Part shown: piece by piece, positions 11,569 to 22,679 of the stretch | Position numbering within the stretch: position 1 is the first letter of the stretch | How the letters are laid out: each line of letters begins with the position of its first letter | Assembly (NCBI GenBank): GCA_963762255.1 | Contig: CAVXKA010000003.1 | Location: forward strand, 768,001-832,000 | Direction of reading: 5' to 3' | Source of the DNA: Candidatus Eiseniibacteriota bacterium | Lineage (GTDB): Bacteria > Eisenbacteria > RBG-16-71-46 > JABDJR01 | Length of the DNA stretch: 64,000 bases | Position numbers and translations under genes: made by a program | Notes under the pieces: generated by a model | Seen by the model: the letters and a program-made list of their open reading frames with translations, nothing else | Database searches by the model: none | What the model was told of the DNA's origin: nothing

Positions 11569-12584
11569 TCAGCGAGTCTCGACGGATCGCCGCAACGCCT
11601 CGGGGTTCAGCACCCGGATCTGCACGCGCCGGTTGAGCGCGAGCGCCGTCGGGGTCGTTCCCCCGGTCAGAGGGCGCTCCTCGCCGTAGCCCACGGCTTC
11701 CACGCGCTCGGGCCCCAGCCCGCCTTCCCCTGCGAGAAAGTCACGGACCGCCTCCGCGCGACGACGGCTCAGATCGAGGTTCGCCTCGGCGCTTCCACGC
11801 GGGTCGGTATAGCCCTCAACGCGCACGCGCGCCTCGGGAAACTCCCGCAGGACGCCGGCAACGACGCGCAAGATATCCAAGGAGATCGGCAGAAGTTCGC
11901 TCTCGCCGGTCTCGAAAAGCAGAAGCTGCGTCGTGAAGAGACCGTCGCTTGCGAAGGCCTCCCGAATGGTGCGCGGCTCGGGGGGGAGTTCCGCGCGAGG
12001 GGCCTCGGGCGGGATCTGCACGCGCGCCGTCGGAGGGGCGGGGGTTGGCGGGATCGTCGCGCTTTCGGGGCGGCAACGACAGGCGGGATCGTCGCGCTTT
12101 CGGGGACGGCAACGACAGGCGGGATCGTCGCGCTCTCGGGCGCGGCGAACCGAGGCCCCGCCGGCACCCCAAGCGTGTCCGGCACGCTCGGGGGGGGCGG
12201 CGGGGGCGCAAGCACCTCGACGGTGTGCACGGGCGGGCCCCAGGGGTGCGCGTGCTGGACCCTGGTCTCCATGAGGATCGGAAGGGCGGCGAGTTCCTCG
12301 GCGAGGATCCGCCGCACCTGCGCGGCGAGGGAGTCGGCCCAGACCTCAGGCGCCGGCGCGAATACTCCGGGTGGCGTGACCGCGGCGGGGCGGCCGCGTA
12401 CGATGCGGACGCCCCCCGGAGCGCCATAGCGCAAGTACATCGTCGTGCCGTCGGGAAGCGGGGTGGCGATCCACTCCTCGCTCCCCGACAACACCAGCAC
12501 CGCTGCGGCGGCGGTAGCGATAACGAACGTCGCTCGCACCGCGCCGTTGCGGCGCTTGCCGGTGATCCAATCCCAGGCATTCAT
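11569..12584 (-). CDS. OmpA-family protein with N-terminal anchor and Pro-rich linker, split by a 1-bp frameshift near 12070
   Basis: C-terminal LLFETG, VEGYTD, LSRRRAEAV and NRRV in ORF 11569-12021; N-terminal part in ORF 11769-12584; the break lies in a tandem repeat. Confidence 0.75.
12047..12140. repeat. About 2.6 copies of a 36-bp coding tandem repeat (PESATIPPVVAV)
   Basis: ggcgggatcgtcgcgctttcgggg(a)cggcaacgaca units; first unit 35 bp, second 36 bp. Confidence 0.85.
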
Positions 12585-12594
12585 GGTCGCGCTC

Positions 12595-14760
12595 CTATTG
12601 GCCGAAACGGACTCCGACCAGAAGCCGGTTCACGTCGAATCCTCGCACCCCCTGGTACTCGAGGAACGGCGCCCAATTGCCGAAACGCGCGTCCACACCA
12701 GCTGCGAAGTTGACGGTGAGATCGGTGTCGCTCTCCCCCCCACTGTCGACCTTCAAGAATCCGAGACCGGTCGAAACATACGGGCTCCATTGCTGCGATC
12801 CGCCCAGATTGCCGAGCGGGAGTTGAAGGTTGCCCGCGACAAGGTACGTGGTGACGTCGGAACCGAATCCCAGCGCGACTTCGGGGACGAACAGGAAGGG
12901 CGAGTCGGCGGTGATCGGGCCGAGGATCACTCGGGCGCCGAGCAGAAACTCCGTCGGGTCGTCCAGACCGAGACCTGTGTAGGCGCGGAAGCCCACATGC
13001 CTGTCGTCACCGTCGTCTTCAGCGTAGTCCACTTCGTATACGTCGGAGGTATCCGACGTCGGCTCCTTGAAGACGACGCGCGGCGAAGAAGAGGATCCCT
13101 CTTTCCCCTCTTCGACCCATCGGCCCTCCGGCGCCACCTCGCCGGACTCGCGCACCACGCCGGCGCGGTGCAGCTCGTCGCGGATGATCCGCCGAATCAT
13201 CTCGAGATCAGGCGCGGGCGCGGGAGGAGCCGGGATGGTCATCGACGACGGCGCCGATCCGGCCTGCGGGGCGGCGGGTGCCGCGGACTCTCCCGTCACG
13301 CTCTTCGATTCGATGTCCACTCCACCCGGGGTCCCGTAGCGGATGTAGATCTCGCCTTCCGTGGGCACCGGGAACATGATCATGCGCTCGCCGGCGTAGC
13401 CCACGGCCGATCCCTGCGCCGGAGCGCGCAGGATCACCGTCTCGACCTGTCGCTCCTCGAGCGCCTCCGGCCCCATCTCTTCCGCTTCCATCTCCCGGAG
13501 AGGCGGGAGCGGCTTGGACAGAGGCTCGGCCTTTCCGAACAGCGGCTTCTGCCCCTGAGGCGAGCTGCCCCCCAGGCTGAACCGCACCGAGGCGCCGAAC
13601 ATCCAGTTGCCGAGGAGGTCATCCGGCTTGGAGGTGTCTTCGAGATCCTTCGCGCTCAGGATGTGATCGCGGGCGGAGACGTCCAGCTCGAACCGGTCGC
13701 TGAGCCGGAAACCCAGACCGCCACCCAGGATCAGCATGGTCTTGTCGTCCGGCGCCGCGCCTTGCTCGTCGCGGAAGTCCTTCGTGAAGTCGAGCTGCCC
13801 CACTCCGGTCACGAGATACGGCACCGCCCCCTGCCCGGAATTGAGGTTGAAACGGGCCTCGCCGCCCCAGCTCTGGATGGGCACGGTCTTGTCGAAGTCG
13901 TCGTTCACGCCCCGCCAGTAGTAGCCTCGCAGACCGAAGAACCGCCCAAAGTCGAAGCCGGTGCGCAGCCCGATCAGGTACTGGTTGTCGAGCCCGAGGT
14001 CCTCGTGGAAGTCGAGGCGACCTGCGAAGGGCTCGAAGGGAATGGAGAGGCCGGAGAGCCCGTGCCGGTACCGATCGAGCAGCGCGCGGTCCGTCTCGCT
14101 CAGGCGCGACTCGCGGGATCCACCCAGAAAGAAGGTGAGCCCGGCACCCATCGAGAGATTGTGGCGAATGCGATCCGCGTCGGGATCGGCCGGGTAACTC
14201 CCGACCGCCGGCGGTACCGCGAGTTGGAAGCGGTCGATGCGAAACGCCGAGTCCTCGGCGAAAACCTCCGCCTGGAAGTGGCGGAAGCCGAAGCGCATCC
14301 CGCCGCCCGCCTTCATATTGATCTGGCGAATCGCGTCCCCCTGAGCGGGGTTGAAGGACAGGATCCCTCCCCCACCGCGAAGAAAGGGCACGGCGTGGCC
14401 GGCGCCGAGGTTCAAGGTGACGTCGACGCCGTAGTTCGAGATGTCCAGCTTGCGCGTCGACCCGGCCTCCGGGAAGGCGAGCTGCGTGAGCGGCTGGGTC
14501 TTCACGTCGTCGCGCATCAGGTAGAACCCCTGCAGCGACACCATGCGGCCGAAGCTGATCCCGAGCCGACCGCCGTAGAGTTCTGTGTCCTCGAGATTGA
14601 CCTCGTCGTTCCACCGCATCAAGTTGTACGTGGGTGTGAAGGTGTAGCTCACGCCTTCCGGCTGAGCCTGCGCCGAATCAACCGCGCACAGGCCTGCCGC
14701 GCTAGCGAGGACAAGGGATAGAACAAAAACGAGGGTCAAACGATTCGGGCGGCTCTTCAT
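12595..14760 (-). CDS. Outer-membrane protein with several tandem OmpA-type beta-barrel domains
   Basis: Signal peptide; three blocks of alternating beta-strands (PFLRGGGG, PYLVTGVG, PYVSTGLG); ends in LVGVRFGQ; GGAGG RBS. Confidence 0.7.
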   Translation of the reverse strand: MKSRPNRLTLVFVLSLVLASAAGLCAVDSAQAQPEGVSYTFTPTYNLMRWNDEVNLEDTELYGGRLGISFGRMVSLQGFYLMRDDVKTQPLTQLAFPEAGSTRKLDISNYGVDVTLNLGAGHAVPFLRGGGGILSFNPAQGDAIRQINMKAGGGMRFGFRHFQAEVFAEDSAFRIDRFQLAVPPAVGSYPADPDADRIRHNLSMGAGLTFFLGGSRESRLSETDRALLDRYRHGLSGLSIPFEPFAGRLDFHEDLGLDNQYLIGLRTGFDFGRFFGLRGYYWRGVNDDFDKTVPIQSWGGEARFNLNSGQGAVPYLVTGVGQLDFTKDFRDEQGAAPDDKTMLILGGGLGFRLSDRFELDVSARDHILSAKDLEDTSKPDDLLGNWMFGASVRFSLGGSSPQGQKPLFGKAEPLSKPLPPLREMEAEEMGPEALEERQVETVILRAPAQGSAVGYAGERMIMFPVPTEGEIYIRYGTPGGVDIESKSVTGESAAPAAPQAGSAPSSMTIPAPPAPAPDLEMIRRIIRDELHRAGVVRESGEVAPEGRWVEEGKEGSSSSPRVVFKEPTSDTSDVYEVDYAEDDGDDRHVGFRAYTGLGLDDPTEFLLGARVILGPITADSPFLFVPEVALGFGSDVTTYLVAGNLQLPLGNLGGSQQWSPYVSTGLGFLKVDSGGESDTDLTVNFAAGVDARFGNWAPFLEYQGVRGFDVNRLLVGVRFGQ

Positions 14761-14922
14761 GAGGCCTCCCTCCTTAGAATTAGAATGAGTAGCCAATGAT
14801 TCAACTCTTTTCACCATATGACACGAGAGCGGATACGTCAACCGAAGGCGGAGACCGATCGCGAGCCTCCTGAGCTAGAATGCATACGAAGTCGCTCGCC
14901 TTTCCGACCGTGAGGAGGTCCT

Positions 14923-17205
14923 TTGGTCACCGGCCGCCGTCTCCACATCACCGGCGTGGTGCAAGGAGTAGGATTCCGCCCGCACGTCTTCGCGCTGGCT
15001 GCGCGATGGAACCTTGCTGGATGGGTCCGCAACAGCTCCTCCGGCGTTGACATCGTTGTCGAAGGCGTGCCCGACGCCGTCGAGGCGTTCGTGGATAACC
15101 TGCGCGCGGGCGGTCCTCCCCTGGCCCGCATCGACTCGGTCGCGGTGGAGGAGTGCCCCGCCGAGGGTCTGTCGGGCTTCACGATTCTGGCGTCCCTCGA
15201 GGAGGCCGGGGCCTATCTCCCCGTCTCCCCCGACATGGCCACGTGCCCGGATTGCCTGCGTGAGATGCGCGACCCCGCCGATCGCCGCCACCGCTATCCG
15301 TTCATCAACTGCACGAACTGCGGGCCGCGTTTCACCATCGTGCGCGACATTCCCTACGACCGTCCCAAGACCACGATGTCCGGCTTCCCGATGTGCCCGG
15401 AATGCGCGGCGGAGTATGCGAACCCGCTCGATCGGCGGTTTCACGCACAGCCGATCGCGTGCCCCGCCTGCGGGCCCAGGATTCGGCTCGAGCGCGACGG
15501 CGCGGCGACGGTGTGGGACGAGGCGGCCCTCGCGGAAACACGGGCCCGTCTCGCAGCGGGAGAGATCGTGGCGGTGAAGGGGCTCGGGGGGTTCCACCTG
15601 GCATGCGACGCGTCTTCCGTGAGCGCCGTGCGCACCCTTCGGCAGCGCAAACATCGCGAGGGGAAACCGTTCGCATTGATGGCCAACGATGTGGAGACCA
15701 TCGCGCGCCACGCCGTCGTCACGCCGGCCGCCCGCGAACTCCTGGAGTCGCCGGAGCGACCGGTATTGCTCCTGCCGCGCACGGTGGCGAGTTCACTTGC
15801 CGAGGACGTCGCCCCGGCGCGCAATCGCCTCGGCTTCATGCTCCCCTACACGCCGCTGCATCACCTGCTGCTGGAGCCGGCCGCCGGCTACCCCGAGGTG
15901 CTGGTCATGACGAGCGGCAACCTGAGCGACGAGCCGATCGCCTACGAGGAGGAAGACGCGCGCCACCGACTGGGAAGCATCGCCGACGCCTACCTCCTCC
16001 ACGACCGCCCGATCCATGTGCGCTGCGACGACGGCGTGGCGGCGGAGTTTCGCGGGAAGGTCACCTTCGGCCGGCGTTCGCGAGGGGTCGCGCCGCTCCC
16101 GGTGCGGCTGCCGTTTCCAACCGCTCCGCTCCTGGCAGTGGGCGGCGAGCTCAAGAACGTGTTCTGCCTCTGCCGCGACGACCGCGCGTTTCTCAGCCAT
16201 CACATCGGCGATCTCGAGTATCTGGAGACGCTGCGTTCGTTCACATCGGGGATCGAGCACTTCGAGCGGCTCTTCCGCATCCACCCGCAAGCGATCGCCC
16301 ACGATCTCCACCCGGACTATCAGTCGACGCGGTACGCGCGTGAGCGGGCGGAGCGCGAGGGAATCCCGGTGATCCCCGTGCAACATCACCATGCCCACGC
16401 CGCATCGTGCATGGCCGATCACGGCCTGCCCGAGGACGCGCGGGTGATCGGCGTCTGCTTCGACGGCACCGGCTACGGAACCGACGGCGCGATCTGGGGC
16501 GGGGAATTTCTCGTCGCGGACTACCGGGATTTCGAGCGCGCGTTGCATCTCTCCTACGTTCCCCTGCCCGGCGGGGACGCCGCGATTCGCAAACCGTACC
16601 GCGCGGCGCTGAGCTGGCTGCGTCAGGCGGGAGTGCCGTGGGCGGAGGATCTGGCGCCGGTTCGGGCGACTGAGACGGGCGAGTTGGCGGTGCTCGACGC
16701 CCAGCTCGCGCAGGGATTGAACGCGCCGCCGACCTCGAGCATGGGTCGCCTCTTCGATGCCGTAGCTGCGATCGCGGGGTTCTCGCCGAGGATCACCTAC
16801 GAGGGGCAGGCGGCGTGCGAGCTGGAGGCAGCGGCGTCGCCCACCGAGCGCGGCGCCTACGCGTTCGACCTGGGCGACACAGCGATCGACGCCGCGCCCG
16901 TCGTGCGCGCGGTGGTGGCGGACATGCGCCGCGGCGTGCCGGTCGATCTCGTCGCCGCACGCTTCCACAACGGTGTTGCCGCGATGGTCGTGGACGCGTG
17001 CGCGCGGCTGCGCGAAACGACCGGGCTGAATCAGATCGCGCTCAGCGGCGGCGTCTGGCAGAATCTTCTCCTCCTGGAACGCACCGTGCAGGGGCTCGAG
17101 AGCGCGGGGTTCCAGGCGCTCATTCACCACCAGGTTCCCGCCAACGACGGCGGCCTGGCCCTCGGACAGGCCGCGGTGGCCGCGGCGCGGCTCAGGAGGA
17201 CGTAG
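14923..17205 (+). CDS. hypF: [NiFe]-hydrogenase maturation carbamoyltransferase HypF
   Basis: Acylphosphatase [10 protein letters not shown], zinc fingers CxxC, QHHHAH, DGTGYG, PANDGG. Confidence 0.97.
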   Translation: MVTGRRLHITGVVQGVGFRPHVFALAARWNLAGWVRNSSSGVDIVVEGVPDAVEAFVDNLRAGGPPLARIDSVAVEECPAEGLSGFTILASLEEAGAYLPVSPDMATCPDCLREMRDPADRRHRYPFINCTNCGPRFTIVRDIPYDRPKTTMSGFPMCPECAAEYANPLDRRFHAQPIACPACGPRIRLERDGAATVWDEAALAETRARLAAGEIVAVKGLGGFHLACDASSVSAVRTLRQRKHREGKPFALMANDVETIARHAVVTPAARELLESPERPVLLLPRTVASSLAEDVAPARNRLGFMLPYTPLHHLLLEPAAGYPEVLVMTSGNLSDEPIAYEEEDARHRLGSIADAYLLHDRPIHVRCDDGVAAEFRGKVTFGRRSRGVAPLPVRLPFPTAPLLAVGGELKNVFCLCRDDRAFLSHHIGDLEYLETLRSFTSGIEHFERLFRIHPQAIAHDLHPDYQSTRYARERAEREGIPVIPVQHHHAHAASCMADHGLPEDARVIGVCFDGTGYGTDGAIWGGEFLVADYRDFERALHLSYVPLPGGDAAIRKPYRAALSWLRQAGVPWAEDLAPVRATETGELAVLDAQLAQGLNAPPTSSMGRLFDAVAAIAGFSPRITYEGQAACELEAAASPTERGAYAFDLGDTAIDAAPVVRAVVADMRRGVPVDLVAARFHNGVAAMVVDACARLRETTGLNQIALSGGVWQNLLLLERTVQGLESAGFQALIHHQVPANDGGLALGQAAVAAARLRRT

Positions 17206-17210
17206 CCCGC

Positions 17211-17464
17211 ATGTGTCTCGCGATCCCCGGCAAGATCACCGCGATCGCCGACGGCGGCGGCGTTCTTCGCATGGGCACGGTGGATTTCGGTGGAGTGACC
17301 CGCGAGGTCTGCCTCGCCTACGTGCCCGAGGCCGCGATCGGCGAGTACGTGATCGTGCACGTGGGCTTCGCCATCTCCCGCCTCGACGAGACCGAGGCAG
17401 AGGAGACACTCAAACTCCTGCGCGAGATGGGCGACTTGGCGAGCGAACTCGGGGAGCCGGGACG

Positions 17465-17468
<4 letters not shown>
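17211..17468 (+). CDS. hypC: Hydrogenase assembly chaperone HypC
   Basis: MCLAIPGKI start; [10 protein letters not shown]. Confidence 0.96.
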
Positions 17469-18570
<1,102 letters not shown>

Positions 18571-18574
<4 letters not shown>

Positions 18575-19647
18575 GCGAGCCGACCCGCGATCTCGAATCG
18601 GCCGCCTGCCCGGTGCCGCTCCTCCATCAGGAGAGAATCGTATTGGGGCACGGCAGCGGCGGGCGACTCACCGCCGATCTCATCGAGCGGCTCTTCTACC
18701 CCTTGCTCGCCAACCCGACGCTGCTGGCCGCCGACGATTCCGCAGTGATCCCGCTGGCTGAACTGCGCGGATCGGGCGATGAGCTCGCGTTCACCACCGA
18801 CGCGCACGTGGTGCACCCGCTCTTCTTCCCGGGCGGGGACATCGGGCGGCTCTCGGTGTGCGGCACCGTCAACGACCTAGCCATGGTGGGCGCGGTGCCG
18901 GTGTGGCTCGCGGCGACGTTCATCCTTGAAGAGGGGTTCCTCACCGCAGACCTCGAGCGGATCGTGCGTTCCATGCGCGAGGCGGCGGACGAGGCGGGGG
19001 TGTCGATCGTGGCCGGCGACACCAAGGTCGCGGAGCGCGGCAAGGTGGACGGCCTCTACATCACGACTACCGGCGTCGGGCACATACCGAGCGGTCGCCG
19101 CGCGCGGGCTGCCAACGTGCAGGTCGGCGACGCGGTGCTGGTCTCCGGCCCGCTCGGGGATCACGGCATCGCGGTGCTGGCCGCGCGGGGCGGGCTCGCG
19201 TTCGAGACCGCCATCCGTTCCGATACCGCGCCGCTTAACGGTCTGGTGGAGGCACTATTCGCGAGCGGCGCCGAGGCGCACGCGCTCCGCGATCTCACCC
19301 GCGGCGGCCTTGCTGCGGCGTTGAACGAGTTGGCCGGCAAGAGCGGCGTGGCGATCGTGCTGGACGAGGAACGGATCCCGGTACGCCCCGAGGTGCATGC
19401 CGCATGCGAAATGCTCGGCTTCGATCCACTCCACGTCGCCAACGAGGGGAAGCTCGTCGCCTTCGTCCCCGCCGCGCAGGCCGATCGCACGCTGGCTGCG
19501 ATGCGGGCGGCACCCTACGGACAAGGCGCCTGCATGGTGGGCCGCGTGGAGGCGGACCCAAGAGGCCGCGTGCTCATGCGAACGACGATTGGGGGCACGC
19601 GGATCGTGGACACGCCCTCGGGAGAGCTGCTTCCAAGAATCTGCTGA
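18571..19647 (+). CDS. hypE: Hydrogenase maturation protein HypE
   Basis: [20 protein letters not shown]-terminal LPRIC. Confidence 0.96.
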
Positions 19648-19675
19648 CCGAGTCCGCCGGAGGCGGTCAGACGGG

Positions 19676-20665
19676 TCAGAACACGTAGGTCAAGTTGACG
19701 GCCCCGCCCAACGTCGAAGATGTCGCTTCCCCGTCATGGTCGGTGAAGACGTCGTGGTCGGACATGTCCATTCGAAGCTCGCCAAAGAAACGCATTCCTG
19801 GACCCAGGGTCACGATCGTGGCCAGGGTCGCCGAGCTGCGGCGTTCCTCGAGGCCGCTCCCAAAGAGCAGGTCGTCGCTGTCGTCCACCAGATCGTAGCG
19901 ACCGGTCAGCCCCAACCGCTCGTGCGCCTTCCAGTGCGCCATCACCATGAAGCCGGCCCATGAGGCACCCTGGCCGGAGATGTCTGCCTGGCAGCCGTTG
20001 AACTCCGCGCCAAGAACCAGCCGAGCGGTCGGTGTGACGGTGAGATCCACGTCCAGCACCGACTCGCGCAGTCTCTGCCCCGGGTCGCGCATCCCGGTGA
20101 TCACCGAGACGCCGCTCGCGACCTTTTCATTACCGGCCCAACCCAATCGTCCTCCGAAGGTCGGCGAGGCGTTGTTCTCGCTGTTCAGCTCCCAGTCGTT
20201 CGCGGCGTACACCTTCGCGTCGAGACCGTGACCCAGGCCCAGGCCCGCCATCGCCCCGGTCAAGTTGGAGGGGGTGCAATACGTGAACAGCAGGCCGTGG
20301 GTAATCTGAAACATATCCGGCTGGTCGAGCGATTCGAAACCGATGGGAGCGTTGAAGCGGCCACCGGTGAGGGTCAGGGACGTTGTGAACGCCGGCTTGT
20401 AGGCGAGCCAGCCTTGCTCAACCGCCGCGACCCAATCCTGCCCGTCCGCGATCCACTCCAGATCCACGCGGATCGAGCCCTGTGGGCTGAGATCGCGGCT
20501 GACGTCCAGTTCCGCTTGATCGAGCTTGAATTCCGCGGCGCGCCGGTCGAAGTTGCCGGAGTAGCTCGCGGTGGCGAACCCGCCGACTTGCAGGGTGTCC
20601 TCGGCGTGCGCCGTCCCCGCCGAGAGCACGACGAAGAGACCGACCATCCAGAGCTGGCGGTTCAT
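19676..20665 (-). CDS. Putative outer-membrane beta-barrel porin (BBP2-like)
   Basis: Signal peptide, GRFNAPIGFES motif, C-terminal LTYVF; abuts the end of amt. Confidence 0.75.
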   Translation of the reverse strand: MNRQLWMVGLFVVLSAGTAHAEDTLQVGGFATASYSGNFDRRAAEFKLDQAELDVSRDLSPQGSIRVDLEWIADGQDWVAAVEQGWLAYKPAFTTSLTLTGGRFNAPIGFESLDQPDMFQITHGLLFTYCTPSNLTGAMAGLGLGHGLDAKVYAANDWELNSENNASPTFGGRLGWAGNEKVASGVSVITGMRDPGQRLRESVLDVDLTVTPTARLVLGAEFNGCQADISGQGASWAGFMVMAHWKAHERLGLTGRYDLVDDSDDLLFGSGLEERRSSATLATIVTLGPGMRFFGELRMDMSDHDVFTDHDGEATSSTLGGAVNLTYVF

Positions 20666-21885
20666 CAGAATGTCTCCTGGTACGCCGCCTCGCCGTGGAG
20701 TGCCGCGTCGAGTCCCATGTGTTCCTCGGCCTCGCTGGTGCGAACCGGAGTGATTCGATTGATGAGGACCAGCATGATCCAGGTGAACCCGAAGGCATAG
20801 ATCGACGAGAACACGACCGCCACGAGTTGCTTCACGAGGAATGCCGAGTTGCCGTGCAAGAGGCCGTTCTGCCCCGCGCTGTTGACCGCGGTCGTGCCCA
20901 GGAACCCGAGCAGGATGATGCCGAGCGCCCCCCCCACTCCGTGCACGCCCCACACATCGAGTGCGTCGTCCCAATGGAGGCGGTTCTTCAGGCTGACCGC
21001 GAAGTAGCAGACGACACCGGCAAGGATGCCGATGATCGCGGCGCTGGTCGTCGTCACGTATCCGGCGCACGGCGTGATGGTGGCCAGTCCGGCCACCGCG
21101 CCGGTCAAGAAGCCGAGGAACTTCGGCTTGCGCTCGAAGATCCACGCCAGGAGCAGCCACGTGGGGCCGGCGAAGGACGCCGCGATATCCGTGTTCAAGA
21201 AGGCCAGCCCGGTGACCGCGTCCACCCGAAGTTCGCTGCCGGCATTGAAGCCGTACCAGCCGAACCAGAGGAGTCCCGTGCCCAGCGCCACCAACGGGAT
21301 GCTGTGCGGCACGCTGTCGGCGACCCGCCGGCGGCCCACATAGAGCACCGATGCCAGCGCCGCCATCCCGGCGATGTTGTGCACCGCGATGCCCCCCGCG
21401 AAATCGAGCACGCCCCACTTCGCAAGCAGCCCTCCGCCCCAGATCATGTGCACGAACGGGAAGTAGACCAGGAAGAGCCACGCGACGAGGAAGAGCAGGT
21501 ACGCGCCGAAGCGCACCCGGTTCGCGAAGGCGCCGGTGATGAGCGCCGGGGTGATGATGGCGAACATCATCTGGTAGGCGATGAACACGAAGAGCGGGAT
21601 GTGGCCGTCGGCGAAGGGGGTCTCCGGCCCCACACCTCGGAGGAAGGCCATGTCCAGGTTGCCGATGATGCCTCCCTCGCCGCCGCTGAAGCAGAGCGAG
21701 TAGCCGCACAGCCACCAGATGATGGTGGTGACGCCCATCGACACGAAGCTCTGGATCATGATCCCGAGCACGTTCTTGCGCCCCACCAGTCCGCCGTAGA
21801 AGAACGCGAGCCCGGGGGTCATGAGCATCACGAGGCTGGTGGCCACCAGCATGAAGCCGGTGTTGCCGGTGTCGAACGACTGCAT
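20665..21885 (-). CDS. amtB: Ammonium transporter Amt
   Basis: MTPGLAFFYGG, DFAGG..VH, WFGWYGFNAGS, DDALDV..VHG. Confidence 0.95.
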   Translation of the reverse strand: MQSFDTGNTGFMLVATSLVMLMTPGLAFFYGGLVGRKNVLGIMIQSFVSMGVTTIIWWLCGYSLCFSGGEGGIIGNLDMAFLRGVGPETPFADGHIPLFVFIAYQMMFAIITPALITGAFANRVRFGAYLLFLVAWLFLVYFPFVHMIWGGGLLAKWGVLDFAGGIAVHNIAGMAALASVLYVGRRRVADSVPHSIPLVALGTGLLWFGWYGFNAGSELRVDAVTGLAFLNTDIAASFAGPTWLLLAWIFERKPKFLGFLTGAVAGLATITPCAGYVTTTSAAIIGILAGVVCYFAVSLKNRLHWDDALDVWGVHGVGGALGIILLGFLGTTAVNSAGQNGLLHGNSAFLVKQLVAVVFSSIYAFGFTWIMLVLINRITPVRTSEAEEHMGLDAALHGEAAYQETF

Positions 21886-21977
21886 GGTTCCTCCCCGGCG
21901 CGCGCGGGAGAACCTCCTGCGTGGAGGCACGCCGAGCACGCCACCGGGGATGGTGACGGCCGGACGGAGGGAGCCTC

Positions 21978-21996
21978 AATCGGGGAAAGCCTGATT
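21978..21996. promoter_or_regulatory. Imperfect palindrome upstream of amt, candidate NarL/LuxR-type response-regulator box
   Basis: AATCGGGGAAAGCCTGATT between the regulator gene and amt. Confidence 0.35.
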
Positions 21997-22028
21997 TCCG
22001 GGTTCGCGATTCCTGAGAGGCGGGCGAC

Positions 22029-22679
22029 CTAGTCGAGCGGGGTGAGCCCTTCGCGGACGGCGTACTTGGTGAGTTCGGCCACCGAGTGAAGCCCGAGCTT
22101 CTCCATGATCTGCCGCCTGTGCGACTCGACGGTCTTGGGGCTGACCGAGAGCTGGCCGGCGATTTCCTTGGTGGCGCGCCCCTCGGCAAGCAACTGAAGC
22201 ACCTCGCGCTCGCGCGGGCTCAAGAGCTGGAACGCCGAGTTCTGCTGGGGTGGCACGCGCACGGCAAAGTCCTGGGCCACCACATCGGTGATGGCGGCGC
22301 TGAGAAACACGTGCCCCTCCATCGCGGACTGGATCGCCCTCACGACCTCCGGAAACGCGCTGTCCTTGAGCAGGTAGCCGCTCGCACCGGCCCGCAGTGT
22401 TTCCGCCACGAAACGCCGGTCGGCGTGCATCGACAGAATGAGGACGCGGGTCTGCGGGACCTCGGCGGCGATTCGGCGAGTGGCTTCGACGCCGTTCATG
22501 CCCGGCATGGAGATGTCGAGCAGCACGATGTCGGGTCGCAGCTCGTTGGAGAGCCGCAGTGCTTCCAGCCCGTCGCCGGCCTCGCCGACAACGGTGAAGC
22601 CGGGGGAACGCTGGAGCAGTGCGCGCAGTCCGTCGCGGAAGAGCTGGTGATCATCGGCGATCAGCACACGGACGGTCAC
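22029..22679 (-). CDS. NarL/FixJ-family response regulator
   Basis: ADDH...LLDISMP receiver domain; LSPREREVL..KTVESHR LuxR HTH. Confidence 0.93.
   Translation of the reverse strand: MTVRVLIADDHQLFRDGLRALLQRSPGFTVVGEAGDGLEALRLSNELRPDIVLLDISMPGMNGVEATRRIAAEVPQTRVLILSMHADRRFVAETLRAGASGYLLKDSAFPEVVRAIQSAMEGHVFLSAAITDVVAQDFAVRVPPQQNSAFQLLSPREREVLQLLAEGRATKEIAGQLSVSPKTVESHRRQIMEKLGLHSVAELTKYAVREGLTPLD

Noticed and set aside
12445-14721. 758-aa plus-strand ORF
   Set aside because: Antisense shadow of the beta-barrel gene
20666-22189. Long N-terminal extension making an 837-aa ORF
   Set aside because: Off-frame overlap with amt; the real porin starts at 20665 with a signal peptide
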